64,000 nucleotides of DNA from Patescibacteria group bacterium (GTDB taxonomy: Bacteria; Patescibacteriota; Microgenomatia; UBA10105; UBA927), in assembly GCA_049322955.1 (NCBI GenBank), contig JBMOPU010000012.1, positions 543,199 to 607,198 on the forward strand, written 5' to 3'. The notes under the pieces were generated by a model that was not told the DNA's origin, ran no database searches, and saw only the letters and a list, made by a program, of their open reading frames with translations. Numbering within the stretch: position 1 is the stretch's first letter; each line of letters begins with the position of its first letter. Below are positions 36,514-46,173 of this stretch, piece by piece. A program made the translations under genes and the position numbers.

Positions 36514-36598
36514 GCCGAGGTGGCGGAATGGCAGACGCTCAGGTCTCAAAAACCTGTGAGCATAATAGCTCGTGGAGGTTCGACTCCTCTCCTCGGCA
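36514..36598 (+). tRNA. tRNA-Leu (anticodon CAA), class II with long variable arm
   Basis: Acceptor stem GCCGAGG/CCTCGGC, anticodon stem CAGGT/ACCTG with loop CUCAAAA (U33-CAA-A37), long variable arm, T-arm GGAGG-TTCGACT-CCTCT, discriminator A. CCA is not encoded. Confidence 0.85.
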
Positions 36599-36643
36599 CC
36601 CGTTAGAGACAAACGCTGTGTGAGTCACAGAAAGGAGTGCTTC

Positions 36644-37600
36644 ATGAAACTCAAAGATCTCTATTCTTTGGCACTACAAATGGGTATCGATGCCGATCCG
36701 CGTGGAGCTTCCGGAGTCAAAAAAATTCTGGAGCGACGCAAAAAAGAATACGAAGATCTTTCTCCTTCGAAGAAAGCGGAATACGATCTCGAGGATTTAA
36801 CCAATCCCTATACGGACTCCCGTATTTATCTGGGTGACCCTGAACAGGAAGTGGATTCCCTCATGGCGGGCATTGATATCAACGCGGCAGAAGTTCTTCT
36901 TGCGGACCGGTTAAATCAAAAAGGGGAGAGCATTGATCTATTGCTTACCCATCACCCGGAAGGAGCGGCGTTGGCCTCTCTCCATGAAGTGATGGAGGTG
37001 CAGGCGGACATTTGGGCAAAATACGGGGTTCCCATTAATATCGCCGAAGGGGTCATGCGCGACCGGATCGGTGAGGTGCAACGTCGGTTTTCGCCGATCA
37101 ATCACACGGAAGCAATTGATGCCGCAAGGTTGTTAGGACTGTCCTTCATGGGTATGCATACGGTCACGGACAATCTCGTACATCGCTATATGGAAGAGTT
37201 ATTTACCAAAAATAATCCAGAAACGGTCGGCGATATTCTTGAGCTCCTCAAAAAAGAGCCCGAATATCGGGAGGCGATGAAAGGAAAGGCGGGCCCCGTT
37301 ATTTTTGCGGGAGACCCGAGAAACCGAGCCGGGAAAATCGCGCCGATCGAATTTACCGGCGGCACCGAACCTTCCCATATCGTCTACGAAAAGCTTGCAA
37401 TGGCGGGCGTGGGCACCGTTATCGGGATGCATGCGGGGGAAGAGCATCGGAAAGAGGCGGTGAAACACCACATTAACTTAGTGATTGCGGGGCATATGAG
37501 TTCCGATAGTTTGGGGATGAACCTGCTCCTTGATGCGATAGAAAAACGAGGAGTGAAAATTCTTCCCTGCTCGGGGCTTATCCGGGTGCAACGGCACTAA
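36644..37600 (+). CDS. NIF3/DUF34-family metal-binding protein (GTP cyclohydrolase 1 type 2 homologue)
   Basis: Conserved LLLTHHP and metal-binding His/Glu pattern. Start set at the ATG preceded by AAAGGAG; the ORF-track start overlaps the tRNA. Confidence 0.7.
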   Translation: MKLKDLYSLALQMGIDADPRGASGVKKILERRKKEYEDLSPSKKAEYDLEDLTNPYTDSRIYLGDPEQEVDSLMAGIDINAAEVLLADRLNQKGESIDLLLTHHPEGAALASLHEVMEVQADIWAKYGVPINIAEGVMRDRIGEVQRRFSPINHTEAIDAARLLGLSFMGMHTVTDNLVHRYMEELFTKNNPETVGDILELLKKEPEYREAMKGKAGPVIFAGDPRNRAGKIAPIEFTGGTEPSHIVYEKLAMAGVGTVIGMHAGEEHRKEAVKHHINLVIAGHMSSDSLGMNLLLDAIEKRGVKILPCSGLIRVQRH

Positions 37601-37603
37601 GTC

Positions 37604-38077
37604 TTACTGAAGGATGACCAGGAAAAAAAGCACCGTGGCAATCTGAGTAACGACTCCTAACGGAAATTGCGCCTTCGAGTGGAAAACATTCGGCACTTTA
37701 TAAAATGCATAGGACACTTTTTCCGCAAGTCCTGCCGTGTGTCCCGGTTCATGTTTTTTGGCGTGTGCAAAGAATATATACCACGGTGTCTCTAGCCAGT
37801 CGGGGAGGAGACCCGAGGCTACCGTTGCCATCCACAACCAAAATGGGAGATGTTGTCCGAAAAATACGTACGAAAGCACAAATCCCGCGGTTGTTTCCGC
37901 AATGGCCAATATTCCGGTGAGTTTTTTCGGACGGTTTCGCCAATTCGTGCCGAAATCCCAATGGGGAATACTATCCATGACGTAGTGCGAAGCAAGCGCA
38001 AGCATACATGCCGTCACAGGGTCTGAAAAACGGGCGGCGATTGCTCCCGAAACAAGTGCATGTGCGGTTGCGGTCAT
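37604..38077 (-). CDS. Hypothetical membrane protein
   Basis: Start set at MTATAHALVSGAIAARF (first hydrophobic segment); 4-5 TM helices, several conserved His. Confidence 0.35.
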   Translation of the reverse strand: MTATAHALVSGAIAARFSDPVTACMLALASHYVMDSIPHWDFGTNWRNRPKKLTGILAIAETTAGFVLSYVFFGQHLPFWLWMATVASGLLPDWLETPWYIFFAHAKKHEPGHTAGLAEKVSYAFYKVPNVFHSKAQFPLGVVTQIATVLFFLVILQ

Positions 38078-38113
38078 GCGTTCATTGTATGATAAGATTG
38101 AGTTTGTTGCAAA

Positions 38114-39433
38114 ATGCCCGTGATTGATATGAAAGTATCGCATATTACAAAAAAGATGGATCCGGTGCTCGATGTGCTCCGAAACCGGCTGTTTCGCCAC
38201 TTATGGGTCGGGCAAATAGCCACCCAACTGGCAAGCAACATGCTTATTTTTCTTCTTGCCCTCATCATTTATCGCCTGACGGGGAGCAATGTGGCGGTAT
38301 CGGGATTGTTTTTGGCGTACGGGTTTCCATCGCTCCTCTTCGGCGTCATGGCGGGAACGATCGTCGATAGATTGGATCGTCGGGCAGTGCTCCTTGTTGC
38401 CCATCTCACCCGCGCGCTCCTTACACTAGCCGTATTATTTTCCGGTGATCGCATATCGGCGATTTACTTACTGATATTCACCTATGCGATTATCAATCAG
38501 CTGACGACACCCGCGGAAGTACCGCTTATTCCGCAGTTCGTGCCTAAAACCCATCTCGTGTCCGCAAACAGTCTGTTCTCATTCACGTTTTACGGCAGTA
38601 TGGCAATCGGGCTTATCGCCGCCGGTCCCGTGCTCCGGTTTTTCGGGAGTGACGGCGCCTACGGCCTGATTTTTGTTCTCTATCTTATCGGTGCCATCGC
38701 CGTCATGGGTATTCCGCCGCAAGGGGAGGGCATTAAATCGCTTCGTAAAGTGTTCGGTTATGACCCCTTATATATTGTGAAACGGTTTCTCATCAACATG
38801 CAGATGGGGATTACGTATGTGGCAAAATCACCGATCCTCCGAGAAGCGGTTGTTCTCCTCACGGGGACACAGGTCATGATTGCCTTATTGGGTACGTTAG
38901 GCCCCGGGTTTGCGGATAAAGTGCTTCGGATCGATATTCGGGATGCCTCGTTGTTAATCGTGGGACCGACGATTTTGGGGATATTAACGGGAGCGTTATG
39001 GGTGGGAAATAAGGGATACCGCTATTCGCAATCCCTGTTAGTAAATGTCGGCGTCACCGCGGCGGGCATCATTCTGGTCGTGACGTCGGCGGTCTTTGCC
39101 GCAACGAACACGCTCTGGTTTTCTTTGGTGCCGAGAACACTGGTCAATGTGCTTGCACTCGGTCTTTTTTATCTCTTAGGGATAGCAAACAGTTTGTTGG
39201 ATGTGCCGTCAAACACCATGTTACAGAAAGAAGCAGAAGGTGATATGCGCGGGAGGGTGTACGGTATTCTTTCCGCGTCCATCGGAGGAGCCGGTATCCT
39301 TCCCGTCGTCGTAAGCGGGCTCCTTGCCGATCTTATCGGTGTCGGCAACGTCATATTTATCCTGGGATTTGTGGTGTTATGTTACGGTATCGTGCGAACA
39401 ATGCGCAGGAAAATAGTAAGCGGAGTACAATAG
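38114..39433 (+). CDS. MFS transporter
   Basis: Twelve TM helices, MFS-type motif between TM2 and TM3 (GTIVDRLDRR), 439 aa. Confidence 0.8.
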   Translation: MPVIDMKVSHITKKMDPVLDVLRNRLFRHLWVGQIATQLASNMLIFLLALIIYRLTGSNVAVSGLFLAYGFPSLLFGVMAGTIVDRLDRRAVLLVAHLTRALLTLAVLFSGDRISAIYLLIFTYAIINQLTTPAEVPLIPQFVPKTHLVSANSLFSFTFYGSMAIGLIAAGPVLRFFGSDGAYGLIFVLYLIGAIAVMGIPPQGEGIKSLRKVFGYDPLYIVKRFLINMQMGITYVAKSPILREAVVLLTGTQVMIALLGTLGPGFADKVLRIDIRDASLLIVGPTILGILTGALWVGNKGYRYSQSLLVNVGVTAAGIILVVTSAVFAATNTLWFSLVPRTLVNVLALGLFYLLGIANSLLDVPSNTMLQKEAEGDMRGRVYGILSASIGGAGILPVVVSGLLADLIGVGNVIFILGFVVLCYGIVRTMRRKIVSGVQ

Positions 39434-39437
39434 AGCT

Positions 39438-40283
39438 ATGATACCGACTGTTTTTCCCTTCCAACACGGCAGTTTTATCGTCATCAATAGTTTTACCGTC
39501 GTGGGGTGGTTGATATTTTCGTTTTTGTTTTGGCGGAGTCTCCGAAGATTTGCCGTGGATGAAGATCGGGTTTTTGATCTGACGTTCTTTGCGACGATCG
39601 TGGCGTTTATCTTTGCCCGCATGGGGTATGTCGTCGCGCATCCCGAGTTATTTTTAGGAAAATCGTTTCTTCTGATCGCCGCCATTTGGGTGGCGCCGGG
39701 ATTTTCATGGCTTGCCGGATTTATCGGCGGCGTTGCGACCCTTGTTGTGCTCAGCAGGCAGTATAAAGTACGCCTCGGGTTGGTGCTCGATGCGCTTGCC
39801 GTTTCATTACCGCTTCCCATTATTATCGGGAAGGCAGGCTCGCTTCTTACGGGCATGGAAGCGGGCAAAATCGTTGCGGCACCCTGGTTAGGGAATGTGA
39901 TCAGGGGCGTAACGTCGTTTCGGCATCCCGTGCAACTGTATGAAATGCTCGCCCTGCTGTGTATCAGTATGCTCTGTCTTCGCATGACGACCCGATCGAT
40001 AAAAGAAAAATGGCCGTACGGTCTTGTCGGATTATGGTTCTTTTTTTGGTATGCGGTCACGGGATTCGTGCTTGAATTTGCCAAAGACAGTCGTGTATAC
40101 TGGGGGAGTCTTACCGCCAATCAATGGATGTTGATTGGCATTTTTGCTGAATGTGTCGGGGTTCTCTACGTTCGGGGCGGGGGAAGGGAACGCGTTCGGC
40201 CAATTTTCTATAAAGTACTGAAGTTTTTTGAAGAGAAAGGAAAGAAAATCCATGAATCAATTCCCTCAAGACACACTCACTGA
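39438..40283 (+). CDS. lgt: Prolipoprotein diacylglyceryl transferase
   Basis: Seven TM helices and the Lgt signature region (WLAGFIGGV ... GKAGSLLTG); 281 aa. Confidence 0.6.
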   Translation: MIPTVFPFQHGSFIVINSFTVVGWLIFSFLFWRSLRRFAVDEDRVFDLTFFATIVAFIFARMGYVVAHPELFLGKSFLLIAAIWVAPGFSWLAGFIGGVATLVVLSRQYKVRLGLVLDALAVSLPLPIIIGKAGSLLTGMEAGKIVAAPWLGNVIRGVTSFRHPVQLYEMLALLCISMLCLRMTTRSIKEKWPYGLVGLWFFFWYAVTGFVLEFAKDSRVYWGSLTANQWMLIGIFAECVGVLYVRGGGRERVRPIFYKVLKFFEEKGKKIHESIPSRHTH

Positions 40284-40614
40284 AATAAAAACCCACCTTG
40301 AAGAAGAGCAGGCAAGACTTGCGTCGCGCATTGCCGAACTTTCAGGGCAGGATCCGTTTTCCGATCCGGGACGGACGAACGATAATGCCGCATCAGATAC
40401 CGAAGCAAGTGAGGAGAGCGATCATGATCGGGTTTCCGCGCTTGTCACCGAGCTCAAGAGTCGGCAGGAGGAAGTGGGGAATGCGCTTGCAAAAATTGCG
40501 GACGGTACCTATGGATTCTGCGTCGAATGCGGCAACATGATCGATACCGATCGTTTGGCGATTCACCCGACTGCAACCATGTGTCTTACCTGTGAATCAA
40601 AAAAGAAGAAGTGA
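40252..40614 (+). CDS. DksA/TraR-family C4 zinc-finger protein
   Basis: Coiled-coil N-terminus and C-terminal CxxC-(17)-CxxC (CVECGNMIDTDRLAIHPTATMCLTCE). ATG at 40252 overlaps the 3' end of lgt by 32 nt; the ORF-track start is TTG. Confidence 0.75.
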   Translation: MNQFPQDTLTEIKTHLEEEQARLASRIAELSGQDPFSDPGRTNDNAASDTEASEESDHDRVSALVTELKSRQEEVGNALAKIADGTYGFCVECGNMIDTDRLAIHPTATMCLTCESKKKK

Positions 40615-41318
40615 ACATCTCCATTCTTTACGAAGACGAGACATTGCTGGTAATTAACAAGCCTCCTGGCATTGTGGTCAACAATGCGCAATCCGTCGAA
40701 GGAATAACTGTACAGGACTGGGCGCATGCCCATTTGGGTCTTCCCGAAGCCGCCAGTACCGTTACTCCCGGAGATGATTTTCTTTCCCGCGCCGGCATAG
40801 TGCATAGGATCGATAAGGAAACCTCGGGCTGTCTTGTTATCGCCAAAACTCCCGAAGCGTTTGTTTCTTTGCAGGCGCAGTTTAAGGAACGAACCGTCAA
40901 AAAAACATATCTTGCCGTCGCACACGGGATCCTCAGTCCCGAAATAGGGGAAATACGGGCTCCGGTCGGCAGGTTACCGTGGAACCGGGAACGGTTCGGA
41001 ATTCTCCCGGGAGGCAAAGATGCGGTCACCCGCTATCGGGTGTTACGGTCCGGAACCTCTCATGACACGCGCATATCATTGGTCGAATTGTATCCGGAAA
41101 CAGGAAGGACGCACCAGATACGCGTGCATCTCAAGTACATTAATCACCCGATTGTCGGCGATTGGCAATATGCCGGAAGAAAAACCGCCCGCAATGACCG
41201 GGTGTGGGCGCCTCGCGTCATGCTCCATGCCGCAAGTATTACGCTCACGCACCCGATAACGGGTGCTTCTCTTGCAATTGAGGCCGAGGTGCCGGATGAT
41301 ATGAAGAGTATCATCTAG
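40611..41318 (+). CDS. RluA-family pseudouridine synthase
   Basis: Catalytic motif HRIDKETSGCLVIAKT and the RluA core. GTG start overlaps the dksA-like stop. Confidence 0.88.
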   Translation: MNISILYEDETLLVINKPPGIVVNNAQSVEGITVQDWAHAHLGLPEAASTVTPGDDFLSRAGIVHRIDKETSGCLVIAKTPEAFVSLQAQFKERTVKKTYLAVAHGILSPEIGEIRAPVGRLPWNRERFGILPGGKDAVTRYRVLRSGTSHDTRISLVELYPETGRTHQIRVHLKYINHPIVGDWQYAGRKTARNDRVWAPRVMLHAASITLTHPITGASLAIEAEVPDDMKSII

Positions 41319-41321
41319 GAC

Positions 41322-43043
41322 ATGGAACATTCACTGACGCTGGTCACCACGTTTTTGCTGTTGCTTGCCGCGGCCTTGGGCGGGGGTGTTATCGCCATGC
41401 GTTTGAAACTTCCGTCCATCGTCGGCTATATCGCAGGCGGTATTTTGGCGGGGAATACGCTCTCTTCCTCCTTCGATCATCACCTCATAAGCCAGATTTC
41501 TGAAGCGGGGGTTACACTGCTTCTCTTTACGCTGGGTGTGGAGTTTTCATTCCATAAACTCAAACGAATCCTGCATCTTGTCTCCTGGCCGGCGATCGGT
41601 CAAATCGTGATTACCTTGTTTGTGGTGTTATTACTGCTGTTTGCGCTCAAGGTGTCTTTTGTGCCGGCGTTGTTTTTGGCCAGTGCCGCGGCACTTTCTT
41701 CAACCGCGATCGTGGTTAAGCTCTTATCTGAACGGGGAGAGTTGGATTCCGTTCCCGGAGAGCTTTCGACGGGTTGGCTGGTTATTCAGGATCTTGCGGT
41801 CGTTCCGCTTCTTATTCTTCTTACCGCCATATCGACCGTGACGGCGGGGGAAGGCACGATTTTCTCTATTGTCGGCACGATCACGCTCGCGATGGTAAAA
41901 GCAGGTGTCGTTATTGCCTTGGTGTTATACCTGGGAAGCCGCGGCGTACCAAAACTGCTGGGCGCCGTTGCAGGTTTCCGTAATCGGGAATTGTTTTTGT
42001 TAACGACTATCGGCATCGTGTTTTTTGTGGGTCTTTTGACGTATGTTGCGGGACTTTCCGTATCACTCGGCGCATTTTTAGCAGGGCTACTTGTTGCCGA
42101 AACGAGTCAGAATCACGCGGTGTTTTCCGAAATCCGCCCACTCCGTGATCTTTTTGCGGTTGTCTTTTTTGTCTCGCTCGGGATGTCCCTTCCCGTCAAC
42201 GCGCTTGTTTCGGCGCTCCCGGTCATGATAGCAATGACGGTTGCCGTCGTGCTCGTCAAAGGAGGAAGTATTTATGCGTTGCTTCGCTTTTTAGGGTATC
42301 ACCGGAAGACGTCATTCCTCGTCGGCATTTACTTAACGCAGGTAAGCGAATTCGGTTTTGTCATCGCCGGCACCGGCGTTGCGTTGGGAGCACTTTCGGA
42401 ATCGCAATCCTCACTCCTTGTTGCCGTAACGTTTGTTACCATTCTGCTTTCCAGTCCCATGATAAGCCGTGGGCATGAACTCTATTATGCATTTGCCCGT
42501 CTTATGAGGCGGTTCCCCAAATTCTTTCGGGAAACCGCGGAAGATGCGATTAAATCCGACGAAGGCTATCCGATTCGGGATCACGTGGTGCTGTTGGGGT
42601 ACGGTCGGGTCGGGAAGTATATCGGCCGCGCGCTTTCGATGAGCGGGATTCCGTTTCTTGTCGTCGACTATAATCAGCACGTGTTGGCAAATCTTAAAAA
42701 TTCCGGTATTCAAACGGTGTACGGCGACCCCGCCGATAAGGAAGTGTTGGATTATGCGCAGGTGGATCTTGCAAAATCAATCGTCATCGCCATCCCCGAC
42801 AGGCATACGCAGGAGATGGTGATCGCCAACGCGCTTTCGCTAAATCGCAAAATTAAAATCATCTGCCGAACGCACCATGAAACGGATCAGCGGCATCTGA
42901 AATCGTTGGGTGTGCAGACGCTCATTCAGCCGGAATTTGAGGCCGCGCTTACGATTGTCGCCAAATTATTTGCGGATTTCGGTGTTTCCGATGAAGAGTC
43001 CGCGGGAAAAATCTCGCGACTGAAAATAGAGCACGGTATGTAG
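41322..43043 (+). CDS. Monovalent cation:proton antiporter (CPA2, Kef-type) with C-terminal RCK/TrkA-N domain
   Basis: About 12 TM helices, then a Rossmann motif (VVLLGYGRVGKYIGRAL) and the RCK domain. Confidence 0.85.
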   Translation: MEHSLTLVTTFLLLLAAALGGGVIAMRLKLPSIVGYIAGGILAGNTLSSSFDHHLISQISEAGVTLLLFTLGVEFSFHKLKRILHLVSWPAIGQIVITLFVVLLLLFALKVSFVPALFLASAAALSSTAIVVKLLSERGELDSVPGELSTGWLVIQDLAVVPLLILLTAISTVTAGEGTIFSIVGTITLAMVKAGVVIALVLYLGSRGVPKLLGAVAGFRNRELFLLTTIGIVFFVGLLTYVAGLSVSLGAFLAGLLVAETSQNHAVFSEIRPLRDLFAVVFFVSLGMSLPVNALVSALPVMIAMTVAVVLVKGGSIYALLRFLGYHRKTSFLVGIYLTQVSEFGFVIAGTGVALGALSESQSSLLVAVTFVTILLSSPMISRGHELYYAFARLMRRFPKFFRETAEDAIKSDEGYPIRDHVVLLGYGRVGKYIGRALSMSGIPFLVVDYNQHVLANLKNSGIQTVYGDPADKEVLDYAQVDLAKSIVIAIPDRHTQEMVIANALSLNRKIKIICRTHHETDQRHLKSLGVQTLIQPEFEAALTIVAKLFADFGVSDEESAGKISRLKIEHGM

Positions 43044-43086
43044 GTGCCAGTGCCGCGGCGTCTTTCCTTCTGGTACAATCGGTTGC

Positions 43087-44271
43087 ATGGGTTTTGACTT
43101 TCACATAACCAAAAAGGATACCGCAACGCACGCGAGATTGGGTGTTATCACCACGCCGCACGGTCAGATCAAAACTCCCGCATTTGTTCCGGTGGGAACG
43201 CAAGCCTCGGTAAAATCCCTAAGTCCCGATGAGTTACGTACGCTTTCGGTGCAATTATTTTTTGTGAACACGTATCATGCATACCTTCGCCCCGGCCTTT
43301 CGGTAATAAACAAGTTCGGCGGACTCCATGGGTTTATGGGATGGCAAGGTCCGATTATTACCGATAGCGGGGGGTTTCAGGTATTTTCGCTTGCACGACC
43401 CAAATATCTCCCGTCGGATAACGATGAACGCCGGCCGTCGCTGGTCAAAATAAATGAGGATGGTGTCGAGTTCCGTTCGCATTGGGACGGGAGCATACAT
43501 CATTTTACGGCGGAATACTCCATGAAATGGCAATGGGAGCTGGGGAGCGATATCCATATTGCCTTTGACGACTGTACTTCCTATCCGGCGACGCATGAAA
43601 CGGCAAAAAAATCGATGGAACGTACGCACCGATGGGCAAAACGGAGTGTTGCCGCGCATCAGGCGTTGGCAAAGCGGTACGAAAAGAAAGGGAAGCCCTA
43701 CCAGGCACTGTATGGCGTCATTCAGGGCAGTATCTATAAGGATCTCCGGGAAACATCTGCACAATTTATCAAAACCCTTCCCACCGACGGTATCGCCATC
43801 GGCGGTGTTTCAGTCGGGGAGACCAAACAGGAAATGAAGGATGTCCTTTCCTACGTATGGCCGCACTTACCCGAAGATAAACCCCGACATCTCTTGGGGG
43901 TAGGCGAGATCGATGACATATTCACCCTTGTTTCCTACGGTATGGATACGTTTGACTGCGTACAGCCGACACGATTGGCGCGGATGGGCCGATTATCCGT
44001 GCGTAGCGCCAAGAATCATGAAATAGACATAACGAAAAAAACATGGGAAAAAGATACCCGTTGTGTCGAAGAAGGCTGTACCTGTTATACCTGTATGCAT
44101 TTTTCGCGCGCGTATCTCCATCATTTGTTTCGCGTGCGGGAGCTGTTGGCTTACCGATTGGCAACGATCCATAATTTGCATTTTATCCACACGCTTGTTG
44201 CCGACATGCGAAGCGCAATTGCCGAAGGGACATTGCTTGAAATGAAAAAAAGCTGGGGCTACAATAGATAA
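43087..44271 (+). CDS. tgt: Queuine tRNA-ribosyltransferase
   Basis: TIM-barrel TGT motifs (TPAFVPVGT, ITDSGGFQV, catalytic Asp in IAFDDCTSY), zinc site CTCYTC ... H. Confidence 0.92.
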   Translation: MGFDFHITKKDTATHARLGVITTPHGQIKTPAFVPVGTQASVKSLSPDELRTLSVQLFFVNTYHAYLRPGLSVINKFGGLHGFMGWQGPIITDSGGFQVFSLARPKYLPSDNDERRPSLVKINEDGVEFRSHWDGSIHHFTAEYSMKWQWELGSDIHIAFDDCTSYPATHETAKKSMERTHRWAKRSVAAHQALAKRYEKKGKPYQALYGVIQGSIYKDLRETSAQFIKTLPTDGIAIGGVSVGETKQEMKDVLSYVWPHLPEDKPRHLLGVGEIDDIFTLVSYGMDTFDCVQPTRLARMGRLSVRSAKNHEIDITKKTWEKDTRCVEEGCTCYTCMHFSRAYLHHLFRVRELLAYRLATIHNLHFIHTLVADMRSAIAEGTLLEMKKSWGYNR

Positions 44272-44292
44272 ATACCTAAAGGAGGGTACACT

Positions 44293-44439
44293 ATGGGATC
44301 ATTTGGCGGTTTTTATAAAGGGGATAAAAAGAAAGCGAAGAAAAAAGACCTCGAAAAGAAAGCGCAAAAACAGCTTTCCGGTAGCGCGTGGCAATTACCC
44401 CAGGTCGAAATTATCAAAAAAGGCAAAAAAGAATGGTAA
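44293..44439 (+). CDS. Small (48 aa) lysine-rich hypothetical protein with strong RBS
   Basis: AAAGGAGGG lies 7 nt upstream of the ATG. Translation MGSFGGFYKGDKKKAKKKDLEKKAQKQLSGSAWQLPQVEIIKKGKKEW. The stop (TGGTAA) overlaps the ATG of the downstream LCP gene. Not in the ORF track because it is under 60 aa. Confidence 0.45.
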   Translation: MGSFGGFYKGDKKKAKKKDLEKKAQKQLSGSAWQLPQVEIIKKGKKEW

Positions 44440-45392
44440 ATCGGGAGCACTCGAGCACCAGGCGCCGTACACGGCGCATATTCACCCATGTCCTGCCCCT
44501 TGTGATCTTCAGTCTTGTTGCGGGGGGAGTTTTGTTCTTTCTCCGTTATGCACTTGCTCCCGCACCATTTCGCGAGGCTATTGTGATAGCCAGTGATCCC
44601 GTTCATGTGATTTCATTTGATACCAGGGCGAAGAAAGTAACCGCTATGGATATTGTGTCCGATGCGGTCATTCCCGGCGCGTTGGGCTACGGCAAATATC
44701 CCGTACGGGCAATCATTTCCCTGGACGGTATTGACCGGTGGAACGGGAATTTGATAACAAGCAGTATCAGTAATGCGATCGGCCTCCCCATAACGGGGTA
44801 TGTGACCATGGGAAAGAATGCGGATACCCCGCTTACGGCAGACAATGTTTCGGAATTGTTTTCGTTAGGCAGTATTCGGCGATACATTGAAGGTGAGATC
44901 AAAGGTTCGGTTTCGTTGCTGACATGGATGCGATTTGTGTCTTTGATGCATTCGATCCCAGCAGACGGGATAAAGATTATCGATGCCAAAGGAATGACCA
45001 ATAATCTGCCATCGCCGGACGGAGGGACCTATCCCGAACTTGACGAAAACCGCGTGGACTACATCGTCGATACCGCATTTTTTGACGGCGGTATCCGTAC
45101 CGAAGCACTTTCGGTGGCGATTTATAACACGACCGCTATTCCGTCGATAGGAACACGGGCATCCCGGCAACTTGCCAAAGTGGGAATGCAGATGGTGTTT
45201 GTCGGCAATAGGGAAGAGGGTATCCCTCATTGTGTCGTGGCGGCTTCAGAAGATACCCTTCAGTCGAAAACGGCGCAATTCATCCGGAAGACCTATGGGT
45301 GCACCGGCAAAGTTTCGCAGGAAGAAGGGAAGGAAATCGGAGCGGATATCGTCGTGCTTTTGGGACAAAGTTTTGCCGAACGTTTCAAATAA
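44433..45392 (+). CDS. LytR-CpsA-Psr (LCP) family cell-envelope phosphotransferase
   Basis: N-terminal TM anchor (VLPLVIFSLVAGGVLFFL), LCP catalytic domain, LytR_C-like C-terminus. ATG at 44433 (MVNREH); a non-ATG start at 44388 is an alternative. Confidence 0.6.
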   Translation: MVNREHSSTRRRTRRIFTHVLPLVIFSLVAGGVLFFLRYALAPAPFREAIVIASDPVHVISFDTRAKKVTAMDIVSDAVIPGALGYGKYPVRAIISLDGIDRWNGNLITSSISNAIGLPITGYVTMGKNADTPLTADNVSELFSLGSIRRYIEGEIKGSVSLLTWMRFVSLMHSIPADGIKIIDAKGMTNNLPSPDGGTYPELDENRVDYIVDTAFFDGGIRTEALSVAIYNTTAIPSIGTRASRQLAKVGMQMVFVGNREEGIPHCVVAASEDTLQSKTAQFIRKTYGCTGKVSQEEGKEIGADIVVLLGQSFAERFK

Positions 45393-45400
45393 CGGGAAGG

Positions 45401-46108
45401 TTATTCATCACTTTCGGTATCTTTTACTTCAGCTTCCGTTTCGCCGGCGTCATCCCCGTGTTCGCTTCGTGAGAAGGGGACATACAGCGCCGTTGATGAA
45501 AATGACGGCTGGTTGGCAAACCGTTTGCCGCGACCCGTTTCACGAAGAAAAAGCGTGAGAGTGTTTTTCCCTACCGATTTAACGAGTGCCTGATAGGTGT
45601 TGCCGACCCCCAAAAACTTAATAAGGCGGAATGACAAGTCATCGGGTAATGCCCCGAGATATGTGCCCTGATCGTTTCTTGCCTCAACAACGTGATTTTT
45701 TGCCTTGAGTTCGATTTCTTCGCCGGGGGACACGGTCATCAGTATCTGAAGCGGTGCGGTATTCACGCATTCCACGATTTTTGTTTTCCCGGGTTCTTCG
45801 AGAAACGACATCGGGGTGACGAATGTTTTTTTGGTCTTTACCAAGTCTTTTTGTCGGACGACGCCGAGTTTTTTCAGATTTTTTGCGGCTATCTGGTTGT
45901 AGGTGTCGAGTTTTGTTACCTTGAGAAACGTTTTCTTTGCCTCGGCAATCTCACCGCACTGAAGATACGCGAATCCGAGACGGTTCAAATAGCTGATGTT
46001 ATTTTTGTTCGTTTTGAGAAGACCAAGATTGATGCGGATGGCTTCTTTCCAATCTTGGGCGAGGGCCGCCGCAATGGCTGACGCGTCGGAAATTGTCGAG
46101 TCGCTCAT
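45401..46108 (-). CDS. TPR-repeat hypothetical protein with acidic C-terminus
   Basis: Start set at MSDSTISD. TPR-like helices (GFAYLQCGEIAEAKKTFLKVTKLDTYNQIAAKNLKKLG). Confidence 0.4.
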   Translation of the reverse strand: MSDSTISDASAIAAALAQDWKEAIRINLGLLKTNKNNISYLNRLGFAYLQCGEIAEAKKTFLKVTKLDTYNQIAAKNLKKLGVVRQKDLVKTKKTFVTPMSFLEEPGKTKIVECVNTAPLQILMTVSPGEEIELKAKNHVVEARNDQGTYLGALPDDLSFRLIKFLGVGNTYQALVKSVGKNTLTLFLRETGRGKRFANQPSFSSTALYVPFSRSEHGDDAGETEAEVKDTESDE

Positions 46109-46173
46109 GGTGGACAAGAGTATCAGAGTGCCGTAAGATATGTCAATATAGAACATGCCCCCGACGCACACGT

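Noticed and set aside
36572-36643. ORF-track start of the NIF3 gene at 36572
   Set aside because: It overlaps the tRNA-Leu gene. An ATG with an AAAGGAG RBS at 36644 gives a normal NIF3 N-terminus.
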